This document shows positions 38,701 to 48,383 of a stretch of DNA of 64,000 nucleotides, one piece after another (position 1 is the stretch's first letter; every line of letters starts with the position of its first letter). The position numbers and the translations under genes are program-made. The DNA is from Calditrichales bacterium. GTDB taxonomy: Bacteria > Calditrichota > Calditrichia > Calditrichales > J004. Location: assembly GCA_965267575.1 (NCBI GenBank), contig OZ254086.1, positions 32,001-96,000 on the forward strand, written 5' to 3'. The notes under the pieces were generated by a model that was given only the letters and a program-made list of their open reading frames with translations, ran no database searches and had not been told where the DNA came from.

Positions 38701-39663
38701 ACGGGTGTAGATTTCTTTGGCGCCATCGGGTGCTTCCGGGGTGAGCAGCAGGTTACGGTCTTCGGCAGTAAACAGGAAGATCAGCCGGTAGACCAGGCGC
38801 AGCAACTGGCGATAATAATCCTGCTTGTCCAGCGCACCGCTGCGAAGTTTTTCGCGTAAGCCATTGTTACCGGGATAGTTGAGAAAACCGCTGCCCAGCG
38901 CCGTGATCGTCTCTTCCACACCTTTGCGCAACTGGTCCAGCGCTCGCGTTCCCTGCTCCTGCGCCGATTGCGACCATCGTTCCAGCCAGCACTCTTCCGG
39001 CTTGTCCGCTTCCACCCGTGATTGATGACCTAATATCCAGAGCAGCACGAAGTCGGCATAGACTTCGCCTTCCATCATCGCTTCCAGGTCGAACTCCACA
39101 TAGGCCTGGCGCGTCAGGCTGACATTATCACGCAGGATTCGCAGCTTAAGTCCGTTGGATAGAAAACCCCACAAATGGTCATCGGAACGATTAAGGAATT
39201 CCTGCAGCAGGCTGTGCGGGCTTGCACTTGCGGCTCCGGCAACACCTTTTGTACGCCGGTCCAGGTCGATCTTAAAGCCCAGCAGGTGAATCGGCACATG
39301 GCGCCAGGTATGCGAGATGCTGTATTCCTTGTTCTCCAGTACAAAACGTTTGGAAGGCTGCAGTCGGCCATAGCCAAGCTCACTGAAGATCTGCAGCAGC
39401 CAGCGTTCGCGGGTCAGCGTAGTGCCTAAATCTTCATGCGGCAGTTTGTTGCGTTGTGTGCTGAACGATTGCCAGGCGCCCAGCAGGCGGTTCCAGGCGC
39501 GGTTGATCGCTTCGTTAACTTTTTCATTGGGCAGCAGGTGAAAGCTTTGCGGATTCAGACCATCCACATCTTTGGCGCTGACCAGACGCTGCAACAGGTC
39601 CGGCGGCAAGATGGCACCTTCCACCTGTATTGTTGTAAAGAGATCGCGTTTCTTAGTTTGCAT
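35719..39663 (-). CDS. Eco57I/DrmMI-like adenine methyltransferase (type IIG-like)
   Basis: RKTTGSYYTP, DPACGSGHFL, FDVVLGNPPW; C-terminal target-recognition region. Confidence 0.9.
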   Translation of the reverse strand: MQTKKRDLFTTIQVEGAILPPDLLQRLVSAKDVDGLNPQSFHLLPNEKVNEAINRAWNRLLGAWQSFSTQRNKLPHEDLGTTLTRERWLLQIFSELGYGRLQPSKRFVLENKEYSISHTWRHVPIHLLGFKIDLDRRTKGVAGAASASPHSLLQEFLNRSDDHLWGFLSNGLKLRILRDNVSLTRQAYVEFDLEAMMEGEVYADFVLLWILGHQSRVEADKPEECWLERWSQSAQEQGTRALDQLRKGVEETITALGSGFLNYPGNNGLREKLRSGALDKQDYYRQLLRLVYRLIFLFTAEDRNLLLTPEAPDGAKEIYTRYYSTMRFRRLAQRQRGTRNSDLYRGLKLVMQKLSDPDGCPELALPALGSFLFSDATIPHLEQSDIRNHDFLDAIRALAFIQDGGVRRPVDFKNTGSEELGSIYESLLELHPELSTEGGSFELKTAGGHERKTTGSYYTPTSLIRELLNSALDPVLDEALKNADPEKAILDLKICDPACGSGHFLIAAAHRMARKLAFARTGDEEAAPEENRKALRDIIGHCIYGVDINEMSVELCKVGLWMEALEPGKPLSFLDHRILCGNSLLGTTPALINKGIPDDAFKPIEGDNRAYCSEYKKRNKQERERGQKSLFHEPGLWFRYGNLSDTVQDIDTLPDDSFEAVSRKSFLFNEHRSSDDYILNKLIADTWCAAFVWKKSKQFDYPITHEVFRRVQERPAVIPDWLDEEINRLADQYSFFHWHIEFPDVFHVPGTGEQADNKETGWIGGFDVVLGNPPWERIKLQEKEWFATRRPDIADAPNAARRREMIAELQTEDPTLYRAFLEDRRKAEGESHFVRDSGLYALTGRGDVNTYALFAEAKRTIINPTGRVGCIVPSGIATDDTTKFFFQDLMEKAMLHSLYDFENRRAIFQGVHRSYKFCLLTMSGIKRPARQGADFVFFAQGTEELRDSEKHFTLTAEDIELLNPNTKTCPIFRSKRDAELTKSIYRRVPVLIKEDDPDGNPWGIKFVRMFDMSNDSHLFRTREQLEEDGWELRGNVFCKGDEKYLPLYEAKMMHQFDHRYATYSDNGETRLITLTEHQDESFLPIPNYWVNQTEISQIEKDWLLSYRRFGPSTNERSIIAKFCPKLGLGDSEFIINTDKNSQLECCLLQNLNTFVFDYLARTKIGGTNINFYLLRQLPAITPASYSVQHLNMVCDRVIELSYTAYDIKPLAKECGFSSYPFVWDEERRFLIRCELDAAYFHLYGIERDDVDYIMETFPIVKRKDIAAHGEYRTKRVILEIYDEMAEAMRTGQPYQTRLDPPPGDPRAAHRGEGE

Positions 39664-39675
39664 AATCTGCTTCTT

Positions 39676-42513
39676 CTACTCCGCCAGCGGCAGAAAAACG
39701 TAAATGCCCAGTACATCCACGGGCAGTAATGGCCTGACTTTATAGGTTACACCACGCAGGTTGGACGCGCTGCGCACCCGCTTGTGGGCTTCGGCCAGTT
39801 CTTCGGCCATCTCCTGTGCTGTGTTGTCAATTTTCTTCTGGACGGGTGTAAAATTATCGGTGGTCCTTCTGACCTGGTGCCTGATCATGTCGGGCGTAAT
39901 ATTGGCATCGGGCTGCGCTTCCAGCAACGCGTTGATGCGTTCTTTGCTTAGCCATTGCGGATCATCATGCCCGCCATTGAATCCAAAGACACTTGCTTCT
40001 TCGGAGAGTAATACCTTCTCCTGCCCGCTGCGCACGTTAATGATGTGAAAGCGGAAACGGCATAACACCAGTATCGTCCGCTGCTCCACCTGTCGCGTTC
40101 GTATGGCGCCACAACGTTTGGTGATGCTCTCGTTGCCGGGATCGAGCGTGGTGTCCAGCACATAGTTTGCCAGCCCTTCCACCAGCGGATGGGTGCGGTT
40201 CAGGTAGAGCACATCGTCTTTGACGGGCAAATCAAAATTGGCGTTAAACACATTTTTGTTGATGTTCAGGATATCTTTCAATGCCAGCGGCATCTCCTTG
40301 ATGTCAATACGCAATGCGCCGTTTTCGGAAATGACCGCTTTATGGGCTTTCAGCACCTGTTTAGTAAACCAGGCCACATCCTGTTGCGTCCCGATCGCTT
40401 CACGGGCTTTACGCAGCTCTTCGGCCACTTCATCGACCTTGATGGTCGCCTGGGCAAACATCGCCCGTGAGCGTTTCTCGCGGTCATGAACGGCATCCCA
40501 CTTACGGTGCAGGTCTTCTTTCTGCGGCTGCAGATACTCTTCAAATCCCGGCAGAATCAACTGGTTGACTTTCCGGTCCCGCTGACCGCGCAGCAGCAGC
40601 CCTTCAAAGACCGCTTCAATCACCTGGTCCGTCTTGGCCGGCACCGGCACCGAAACACCAAGCGAGTTGCGGATGGTTTTATGCTTACGCAGAAGTACAT
40701 CCAGTACAATACCGTCGATCTGGTTATCGATGCCGTAATAGGTGATCACCTTTACCTGCGGACTGGGCTGCCCGAAGCGGTCCACACGTCCTTCGCGCTG
40801 TTCATGGCGCGTCGGGTTCCAGGACAGGTCGTAATGCATCACCGCGTTAAAATGGTCCTGCAGGTTAATGCCTTCGCTCAGGCAGTCGGTACAAACCAGC
40901 ACGCGTTTGTCAAACTCCGACATCGCCGCCACCCTGCTTTCGCGCTCCGCAGGGGGCAGATGGCCGGTTACCGGTACCACTTCCACTTTGCCGCTAAGGT
41001 GTTCGCGTAACGCATTTGTCACATATTCAACCGTGGGGATAAAGCGGCAGAATATGATCGGCCGGTAGCCGTCTTTTATCAATCCTTTAATCAGATCAAT
41101 TGCTTTTTTCAGCTTGAGATCGTTTTCGATACCCTGCAGTTTGTCTGCGGACCTGGCAAGGTCCAGCAAGCGCCGGCGGTTGTTTTGTGCGTCTTGCGCC
41201 AGATCACCCAGGTCGCTGCCCGGTGTCACATCAATGCTTTCCGCCGTATCGTCATCCATCAGATCGAGCACGGCATGTTTGCCCACTTCATCGGCCTGCT
41301 GTTCATCTTCCGTATCTGCAGATGCCGCACGGGTACGCAAAGTCGCCGCCGCTGCCGCAGGACTGGATGCCAGTGAACGCAGCAGGGCCAGCGCCGACCA
41401 CCACCTTACGCGCTGTTTAAAAGCGCTGTCGCTATCTTCCTGCACCGATTCACGCACGTAAGCTATAATCTTTTCGGAGAAAGCCTGATAGGCCGCAGAC
41501 AGGTTATAATTTTCTTCCACGTCGGTTCCGCTGCGCTCGGGAAACTTGGTCTCTTCACCCAGGTAGTCTTTGATGTTACCGCGTTTGCGCTGTACAAAGT
41601 AACGGGCCAGATCGCGCCGTCTGTGCTCGTTTTCGGAACCGGTCAGGTCTTCGGGCAGGTCGGCAAAATCGGGCTTCAGAAAGGTTAACAGGGAGCGAAA
41701 GGCTTCTTCCTTGCCGGAATGCGGTGTGGCCGTCACCAGCACCATGTGACGGTTTTCATCTCTGGACAGTCCCGAGACCAGTTCGTAACGCTGATGCCGT
41801 CCGCGGTTGTTTCGATCGCCCCGGGCACATGTATGCGCTTCATCCACGATAACAAACTCCGGGCAGGAACGCAGGAACTCATCACGCCGCTTGTCCGACT
41901 TTATATAGTCCATGGAAACGATGACAAAGGGATAATGCTCGAACAACGACTCACCAAGGCGGCATTTCTTTTCCAGCTTACGCGCCGTGCTTGGCAGAAC
42001 CAGCTCGGCGTCGATATGGAATTTATCGCTTAGTTCTTTTTGCCACTGCTCAGCCAGCTGTGGCGGGCACAACACGGCGATATTTTCAATTTCTCCGCGG
42101 TCCAGTAACTCGCGCGCAATCAGTGCTGCTTCAATGGTCTTGCCGATACCCACGTCATCGGCAATCAGGATACGCACCGGCTCCAGCTTCAGAGCCATCA
42201 GTAGCGGCACAAGCTGATAAGGTCGCGGCTCCACGGCGATTTTGCCAAAACAGCGGAACGGACCGGCGCTGGAACGAAAACCGATACGCAACGCATCCCG
42301 CAACAGCTTGCAGGATATAAAGTCACCCACGTCTTCGGGATCGGGCAGATCAAAATGGGCCGGTTCTATCTCTTCCAAAGTTGGTAAAATCCCGGTCATT
42401 TCCGCATCGGTGCCACCCAGTGGCCGCACCATCACCAGTTCATCCGATGTACCGGGCAGCACAACCCAGTCGCGTTCCCGCACCCTTACAAGGCTTCCTA
42501 CACTATAATTCAT
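39676..42513 (-). CDS. SNF2-family helicase (DrmD-like)
   Basis: LIADDVGIGKTIEA, DEAH, TATPHSG, SEGINLQ, WNPTRHEQREGRVDRFG. Confidence 0.9.
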   Translation of the reverse strand: MNYSVGSLVRVRERDWVVLPGTSDELVMVRPLGGTDAEMTGILPTLEEIEPAHFDLPDPEDVGDFISCKLLRDALRIGFRSSAGPFRCFGKIAVEPRPYQLVPLLMALKLEPVRILIADDVGIGKTIEAALIARELLDRGEIENIAVLCPPQLAEQWQKELSDKFHIDAELVLPSTARKLEKKCRLGESLFEHYPFVIVSMDYIKSDKRRDEFLRSCPEFVIVDEAHTCARGDRNNRGRHQRYELVSGLSRDENRHMVLVTATPHSGKEEAFRSLLTFLKPDFADLPEDLTGSENEHRRRDLARYFVQRKRGNIKDYLGEETKFPERSGTDVEENYNLSAAYQAFSEKIIAYVRESVQEDSDSAFKQRVRWWSALALLRSLASSPAAAAATLRTRAASADTEDEQQADEVGKHAVLDLMDDDTAESIDVTPGSDLGDLAQDAQNNRRRLLDLARSADKLQGIENDLKLKKAIDLIKGLIKDGYRPIIFCRFIPTVEYVTNALREHLSGKVEVVPVTGHLPPAERESRVAAMSEFDKRVLVCTDCLSEGINLQDHFNAVMHYDLSWNPTRHEQREGRVDRFGQPSPQVKVITYYGIDNQIDGIVLDVLLRKHKTIRNSLGVSVPVPAKTDQVIEAVFEGLLLRGQRDRKVNQLILPGFEEYLQPQKEDLHRKWDAVHDREKRSRAMFAQATIKVDEVAEELRKAREAIGTQQDVAWFTKQVLKAHKAVISENGALRIDIKEMPLALKDILNINKNVFNANFDLPVKDDVLYLNRTHPLVEGLANYVLDTTLDPGNESITKRCGAIRTRQVEQRTILVLCRFRFHIINVRSGQEKVLLSEEASVFGFNGGHDDPQWLSKERINALLEAQPDANITPDMIRHQVRRTTDNFTPVQKKIDNTAQEMAEELAEAHKRVRSASNLRGVTYKVRPLLPVDVLGIYVFLPLAE

Positions 42514-45500
42514 TTAATGTCCCGAATATACCCGGATATTGTTTTATTAAGCTTAGCCAGTCGTCTGTGTGCCCAAAGCGCAGAACCATATAGCCGCGGT
42601 CTTCCAGCTCATCGGTTTTCGCCGCGTCACGTTCCTTGCGCTCGGGATAATCATGATGGGGCCCGTCCACATAAACGGCAACCGCCTGCCCCTTGTAGAA
42701 GAAGTCCGGACGGGTCTGCATTTTTTCAATAAAATACTGCGCCTGGTCGGGCAATTTGAGTCCATGCTTTTCCAGAACGTACAGCCACTCACGCTCCAGT
42801 TGCGATTCACAGGCCGCTACCAATGCGCTGAGATGTTCTTCCCGGCTTTGCTGCCCCGGTGAATGACTTACGTTGCTTTGCGCCATTTCCATTAAAATAG
42901 CGGCAATGGCTTTGCGGTCCAGCAGTTCATGATCGCGTTGATTACCATAGTTCATCAGGCAGTCATAGCAGGCTGCTTCGCAGTCTTCACGGGCACCCGG
43001 CGCCCTGCCCTGATCATCGCCCGTTTCAGGCTCGTAATGGCATATTTCAAGCGCTTTCTTTGCCACCAGGGAAAATGCTTCCGGATCGGAAACAAGCCGC
43101 CTAAGCACACCTGCGCCCCCTTCAGCGGACTCGTAAAACAATATCTGCTGACGGTCTTGTGCCGTTGGTAACGGATCAACAGCCAGCTCATTGTCTTCCA
43201 GTTGATAGAGCACCTGGATGGCATTTTTTAATGCCGATTGCAGGGATGCCATCTCGGCTTCTGTCAAAGGTTTCAGCGGTTTGAAAATCAGGCTGTTGCG
43301 GCGGTCTTCCACATAAGGAATAACCCGTTCCACACGATCGGACATCTGTTCGTCGGTCCCGTTTTCACCATCCTGGACAAGCTGCTCATTGCGTTCCCAG
43401 AAACCGCGCTCTTTATCAATAAGGAAACCGACCTGGTTTGGATTTGCCCGGCGCCGCCAACCCAGGTTAACACGCCAGATGGTTGCCGTATGACCATAAA
43501 AAAGCTCAGCATAATCGCTGCCCTTTACCTGCAGTACACCTTTCTGGTATGCAGGACCATGGCCATGCTCGCCAAAACGCACGCCCGTCAGAATCTCATA
43601 TCCCAACCGCAAACGTTCTTCTTCATCCGAGCTGATACGGTCACGTCTCTTGGTAGATACATTCTGTAGTCTGAACAGAGAACGTAGTGGCTGCTCCAGG
43701 CGTGTACCGCAAAGCTCGCACATATCCTGATTGATTTCTTCATTGACCGGATGCAGGTAACCGCACTCCTGGCACACCTTGGCCTGGCTGGTATTCAGTT
43801 CATCGGAATCACGGACCGGCATGATCACTTTATTGATGATGTAACGTGAACCTTCATGGTAGATAATGGAACGCGGCCCGAACTCGGAAATCGCCAGGAA
43901 GCGCGGACGCGAAAGAAACTCATCCTTATCCTTTTGTTTTATACGTCGCGCAGCAATGTAGGCCGAAATGGGCAGTCTGGGGAAATTATAGCCGGGCAGG
44001 AAACCTTCACTGGCAAAATAACGGTAGCTGTAGAAATCCGATTGAACAATATTTTCAACTTCAGTCAACAGCTTTAGCTGTGCTTCCGCTTCCTTACGGA
44101 GTTGCTCTGCTTTGCGTCTGTCTTCTGCGCTGCGTGACGCATCATGGATAATTGCCGTCTGATTCTTCGCCTGATTCAATGCCGACCAATACAGCTCGCG
44201 CCAGCGGTTGCAGGCAATTTCGAAAGCCTGGTAAACCTGGTTCAATACATTATTGAGCCAATTATCTTTGTACCAATCACTCTTTTCCAATTCGCTCTTA
44301 ACAGAATTCAAGACCTGCTCTGCCAGGTTATGGGCCTGTAAGCGTTTCATTTTATCTTTCAATGCATCTTTGACTTCCTGAATCAAGTCCAGGGAAGGTT
44401 CGTCTCCGGCAAGGTCAAGAATATCCCTTAAGGATTTATGTAGATTCAAATTGGCTTCGCCCAGCCAAACGGCCTGGATATGCGCTTTGACCAGATCTTC
44501 ATTTGCCAGATCAATCCGCGGCGGTGATACTTTCCCGGATACCATCAGTTGTGGGCGTTTAAAGAAATATTGGTCATGAGAGCTGCCTGTAGAACAATAA
44601 CTAAAAACCAAAGCCGGCTGACCGCTACGACCCGCCCGACCACTTCTTTGCGCATAGTTGGCTGGTGTTGGCGGGATGTTGCGCATATTGACCACGTTGA
44701 GCTCGGCAATGTCCACACCCAACTCCATTGTAGGAGAGCAGAACAGAATGGGTAACTCGGCTTCTTTAAAGCGATTTTCCCGCTCTTCACGTTTCTCGTA
44801 GGGTACTTGAGCCGTATGTTCCCGGCCTTCAAAGGTAAGTGTCTTGAGTGCCGTTTCCTTGTAAAAATCGATAAAGAAAGGGTTCGTACGCATGCCTTCA
44901 TCCGGCCTGTTTGGAACGCGTATGGGGTCATAAAAGGCCTTCGTGCCATCACCAGCAATCCAGCGTAGACACGATGCTTTTAATTGATAGCCATGCAGGT
45001 TGTCCGGTTGCTGGTCTATAGCTTCAACAATGCCGGCAATTTCCAGGTTATGTAATATTTGGACAATAATCTCTTCCGTTTCCACAACCGACAACTTCTC
45101 ACCATATTCAGGCAGTGTCGGCCCCCTTCTAAGGTACATTCCGTAACCGCCGCGCCCGGACATGTAGACATTCCATTGCGAGTCTCCCGGACGGTTTCTG
45201 GATCTTGGATATAAGGTAGCTGAACTGGTCATGCGTTCGTCTTCATCAATGGCCCAGGGGGCAACAAGGTACTGGTTGCTTTGCTGCTTGATACGGTCCT
45301 GGAAGTAGGTATCCAGGTAATCCACTTTAATAGCCAGCTCACGACGCATAAAATCCAACAGCACTTTACAAATAGTGGCCCGAGTTTCGTGCGATGCTGA
45401 AATTAATGCCGGATGGCCACCGCTCCAGTCATCGTCGTTAGCGCAAAGCTCTTCCAATGACTCATATTGGATTTCCAGCATCCCACACTGCTCCAGGTTA

Positions 45501-47698
45501 GGCGAAGTAATGCGCCAACCTTTTTTGAGATCACGATAGATACGATAGCCCAGTACATTGCGCAACGCCTTTTTCGTCTCCGTCTCCGCCCTGTAACGCA
45601 CGGCAGGGTTAACAGCATATTCTTTCAACGGCAAATTCAAAGCATCAAATACCTTGTCTGCAATTTCATCATGTCCCAAGCCACCTGATCCGTAATCACT
45701 GACAGCTTTAAAAAGAGCCGCCCTAAGCCAGCCTATTTCAACAAAATCGTTGAAGTGTCCCGCCTGCAGCGACGCATCCTGGCGGTTGTCGGTAAAACTA
45801 AGCAGCTTTTTTGCCTGATTCCTGATTTCGGTATCATTTTTTAAATAGCGTATCGTGGAAAGCCCCAGAATGGTAGTAGCCGTGCTGCGGCCTTCCGATG
45901 AAAGGGTGGAAAGTTTGGGAAAATCAGAATATTGACGGATGCCGTAGGAAACACCACAATTAAGACAAAAGCGGAATGGTGACGCGAAGAATTGAAAAGA
46001 TAAGCCTGAATCATCGGTTCGTCCATTGGGCAATACGCCAACCGTAGACGGAAGATATTCCTGGCGATTGTTGCGCACAACAAGCCGGCCGTTTTGTTCA
46101 ATAATCCAGTCTTGTGGAAGCCGATCAATTATTTCTTCATCATTGTCCGGCCAGGGATTTGATTCACTTCTGAACAAAAATCCGGGAATGTCATTGTCTG
46201 CCTTCACCTGGTCGGAGAGCTCTCTGGCGCAAAACACTCTGTCACCGCCTTCATCATCGGCGCAATAACGCACCAGATAGTATTCCTGACCGCATTCTCT
46301 ACAGAACGCCATGGGCAGCAGTATCTTTTGACGATTGGCATTCGGCACATACTGCTGACCGGATACCGTCACATGGCGATCGTTCTCATCTTCAATGGAA
46401 CAGTAAACTGTATCGCCCTTGCTAATAAACTGATGTATCCTAAAGGCAAAGGGACGGAAGCCGGTTTGTGGATGCGGAGCACAAAAATGTCCTGCAAGCA
46501 ACGCTCTCTTTATTATGGAAGCACATTTATCAAAGGGTTCACCTGTAATCTGAGCAAGCTCTTTCGCAGCCCCATTGTTACCACCAATGGGTCTGGGAAT
46601 GGATCGAACCAGACGTCGCGTATCTGGCTCCTTGCTTAGCCCAAAAGTGCTCTCAATCCAGGATGCCAAGGGATCTTCAATAAACGTGTTGTATTCTGTA
46701 GGAAACGAATTATCCTGAGCAACGCGTTGCTTTAACCTGTTTACGTAGTCCGGGTTTTTAACGCTCTGTTCTTCAGTTACTCGCTTTAAAGTTTCGCCTA
46801 TCACATGTTCCGGCATCACCGGAGAGCCAAATAATTGCGTAGCGACTTCAGCGATCTTCTTTTGCTGATCGATAAAAGTGCCTTCTGTAGAAAGTGTGGC
46901 CGAAGTCCCAACATATTGAAGGTCACGCGCTTCGAGTTTTTGCTTTACCCTGCGTGCCAGATAAGCCACGTCTGCCCCTTGCCGGCCGCGATAGGTGTGT
47001 AACTCATCAAAAACCAGAAACTTCAAATCCATAGCTGCAGATATCAATTGCTTTTCGTCAGTTCGAGTTAGAATGAGCTCCAGCATTACATAATTGGTTA
47101 ATAAAATATCAGGCGGATTATTAAGAATTTCATTCTTCTGTTCCTGGCTCTCCTGTCCCGTATATCTGGCAAACTTTACAGGCGCCGCACCCTTGGGATA
47201 GCCGTACTCAATAAACTTCTCCAGTTCACCAAGCTGACTATTCGCCAGTGCGTTCATTGGGTATACAACAATGGCCTTAATTCCCTTTCCTGAGCCATTA
47301 CGCAAAACATAGTCCACAATCGGGATGATGTATGCCAGGCTCTTTCCCGAACCGGTTCCGGTGGTTAGCACATAGTTTTGATTTGTCTTTGCAGCACGGA
47401 CAGCATCCGATTGATGCTTATGCAGACGCAACGGCTTCCCTGGATCATCCGGCTTTTCTTTTATCTTGAAGATCCGGTTACACTCCGAATGTAAAACGTT
47501 TTCATTCACCAGATCTGTAATGCGACTGCCTTGTTCGAAAGATGGGTTTAATTGAATGAGCGCTTCCGGCCAAAGGTCACCACGCTCAAACATATCATCC
47601 ACATATTCACGAATCTTTCGGTCTTTTATGTGAAGGAAACTTTGAATATAGGAATTGTAGTCTCGAATTAAGGACTCGCGCAGATCAAAAACATCCAT
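42503..47698 (-). CDS. large DEAD/DEAH helicase with DUF1998 Zn-binding domain and C-terminal DUF559/Vsr-like nuclease
   Basis: TGTGSGKS, DELHTYRG, TMELGVDI, QRSGRAGR, CEAACYDCL, ESQLE..TRPDFFY..VYVDGPHH..GYMVLRF. Confidence 0.88.
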   Translation of the reverse strand: MDVFDLRESLIRDYNSYIQSFLHIKDRKIREYVDDMFERGDLWPEALIQLNPSFEQGSRITDLVNENVLHSECNRIFKIKEKPDDPGKPLRLHKHQSDAVRAAKTNQNYVLTTGTGSGKSLAYIIPIVDYVLRNGSGKGIKAIVVYPMNALANSQLGELEKFIEYGYPKGAAPVKFARYTGQESQEQKNEILNNPPDILLTNYVMLELILTRTDEKQLISAAMDLKFLVFDELHTYRGRQGADVAYLARRVKQKLEARDLQYVGTSATLSTEGTFIDQQKKIAEVATQLFGSPVMPEHVIGETLKRVTEEQSVKNPDYVNRLKQRVAQDNSFPTEYNTFIEDPLASWIESTFGLSKEPDTRRLVRSIPRPIGGNNGAAKELAQITGEPFDKCASIIKRALLAGHFCAPHPQTGFRPFAFRIHQFISKGDTVYCSIEDENDRHVTVSGQQYVPNANRQKILLPMAFCRECGQEYYLVRYCADDEGGDRVFCARELSDQVKADNDIPGFLFRSESNPWPDNDEEIIDRLPQDWIIEQNGRLVVRNNRQEYLPSTVGVLPNGRTDDSGLSFQFFASPFRFCLNCGVSYGIRQYSDFPKLSTLSSEGRSTATTILGLSTIRYLKNDTEIRNQAKKLLSFTDNRQDASLQAGHFNDFVEIGWLRAALFKAVSDYGSGGLGHDEIADKVFDALNLPLKEYAVNPAVRYRAETETKKALRNVLGYRIYRDLKKGWRITSPNLEQCGMLEIQYESLEELCANDDDWSGGHPALISASHETRATICKVLLDFMRRELAIKVDYLDTYFQDRIKQQSNQYLVAPWAIDEDERMTSSATLYPRSRNRPGDSQWNVYMSGRGGYGMYLRRGPTLPEYGEKLSVVETEEIIVQILHNLEIAGIVEAIDQQPDNLHGYQLKASCLRWIAGDGTKAFYDPIRVPNRPDEGMRTNPFFIDFYKETALKTLTFEGREHTAQVPYEKREERENRFKEAELPILFCSPTMELGVDIAELNVVNMRNIPPTPANYAQRSGRAGRSGQPALVFSYCSTGSSHDQYFFKRPQLMVSGKVSPPRIDLANEDLVKAHIQAVWLGEANLNLHKSLRDILDLAGDEPSLDLIQEVKDALKDKMKRLQAHNLAEQVLNSVKSELEKSDWYKDNWLNNVLNQVYQAFEIACNRWRELYWSALNQAKNQTAIIHDASRSAEDRRKAEQLRKEAEAQLKLLTEVENIVQSDFYSYRYFASEGFLPGYNFPRLPISAYIAARRIKQKDKDEFLSRPRFLAISEFGPRSIIYHEGSRYIINKVIMPVRDSDELNTSQAKVCQECGYLHPVNEEINQDMCELCGTRLEQPLRSLFRLQNVSTKRRDRISSDEEERLRLGYEILTGVRFGEHGHGPAYQKGVLQVKGSDYAELFYGHTATIWRVNLGWRRRANPNQVGFLIDKERGFWERNEQLVQDGENGTDEQMSDRVERVIPYVEDRRNSLIFKPLKPLTEAEMASLQSALKNAIQVLYQLEDNELAVDPLPTAQDRQQILFYESAEGGAGVLRRLVSDPEAFSLVAKKALEICHYEPETGDDQGRAPGAREDCEAACYDCLMNYGNQRDHELLDRKAIAAILMEMAQSNVSHSPGQQSREEHLSALVAACESQLEREWLYVLEKHGLKLPDQAQYFIEKMQTRPDFFYKGQAVAVYVDGPHHDYPERKERDAAKTDELEDRGYMVLRFGHTDDWLSLIKQYPGIFGTLNEL

Positions 47699-47822
47699 GG
47701 TTTTTTACCCATTTATGGAAATTGGATTGTTGAAAAGTATATAGATCAGTGGTTATATACAATAGTGATCGAGCTTACGATGTAGAAATATTTTTATACA
47801 CAACAAAAGTAGGGACAAAATT

Positions 47823-48248
47823 ATGGGCCAGCACGATAAATATGGAAAAGAGGTTTTAAAATCAGCATTTGGAGAAAGAGTTGAAATAACAGGACAGAAA
47901 ACAGAAGTTCAATTAGGTAATAAGGGCAGACCAGCAAGAATAGATGCGGTCATAGATGGTGAGATTGCAGTAGAAATTGAATCTCGAACCGGCAAACAGG
48001 TACGAGGAGCAATTATTGATTTGCTGATATCAAAACACAAAAAAATGCTGCTAATATTGTTGCCTGTTCATATGTCCAACGCGGAAATAACAAAAGCTCA
48101 ATGTAAGCACATTTTTAAAGAGCTTAATCCAGATAAGAAATATGAAGTTATTGTTTTTGAAGAATATCGTGGTAAAATTATTCCAGAGGTAAAATCGATT
48201 CACAAAAGGGCAGTAAGCCAGGCAGTGGATCGGCTTAAAGGTCTTTAG
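47823..48248 (+). CDS. small PD-(D/E)XK-like hypothetical protein
   Basis: H near the N-terminus; ARIDAVID..AVEIES. Confidence 0.5.
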   Translation: MGQHDKYGKEVLKSAFGERVEITGQKTEVQLGNKGRPARIDAVIDGEIAVEIESRTGKQVRGAIIDLLISKHKKMLLILLPVHMSNAEITKAQCKHIFKELNPDKKYEVIVFEEYRGKIIPEVKSIHKRAVSQAVDRLKGL

Positions 48249-48383
48249 GCAATTTTCGCGTATACTTTTACGCTGTTTTCCAAGGAGATTTATTTAGCTT
48301 TTGAATGTCATCAAATTTTACAAAGCATCCTTATCTTATATCTTTGAATTAGCAATTTTATTTCAGGCTTTTTACATTAGATT

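Noticed and set aside
42503-47698. Calling the large helicase DruE (Druantia) or DpdJ
   Set aside because: The partner genes of those systems are not recognisable; the neighbours are an SNF2 helicase and an adenine methylase.
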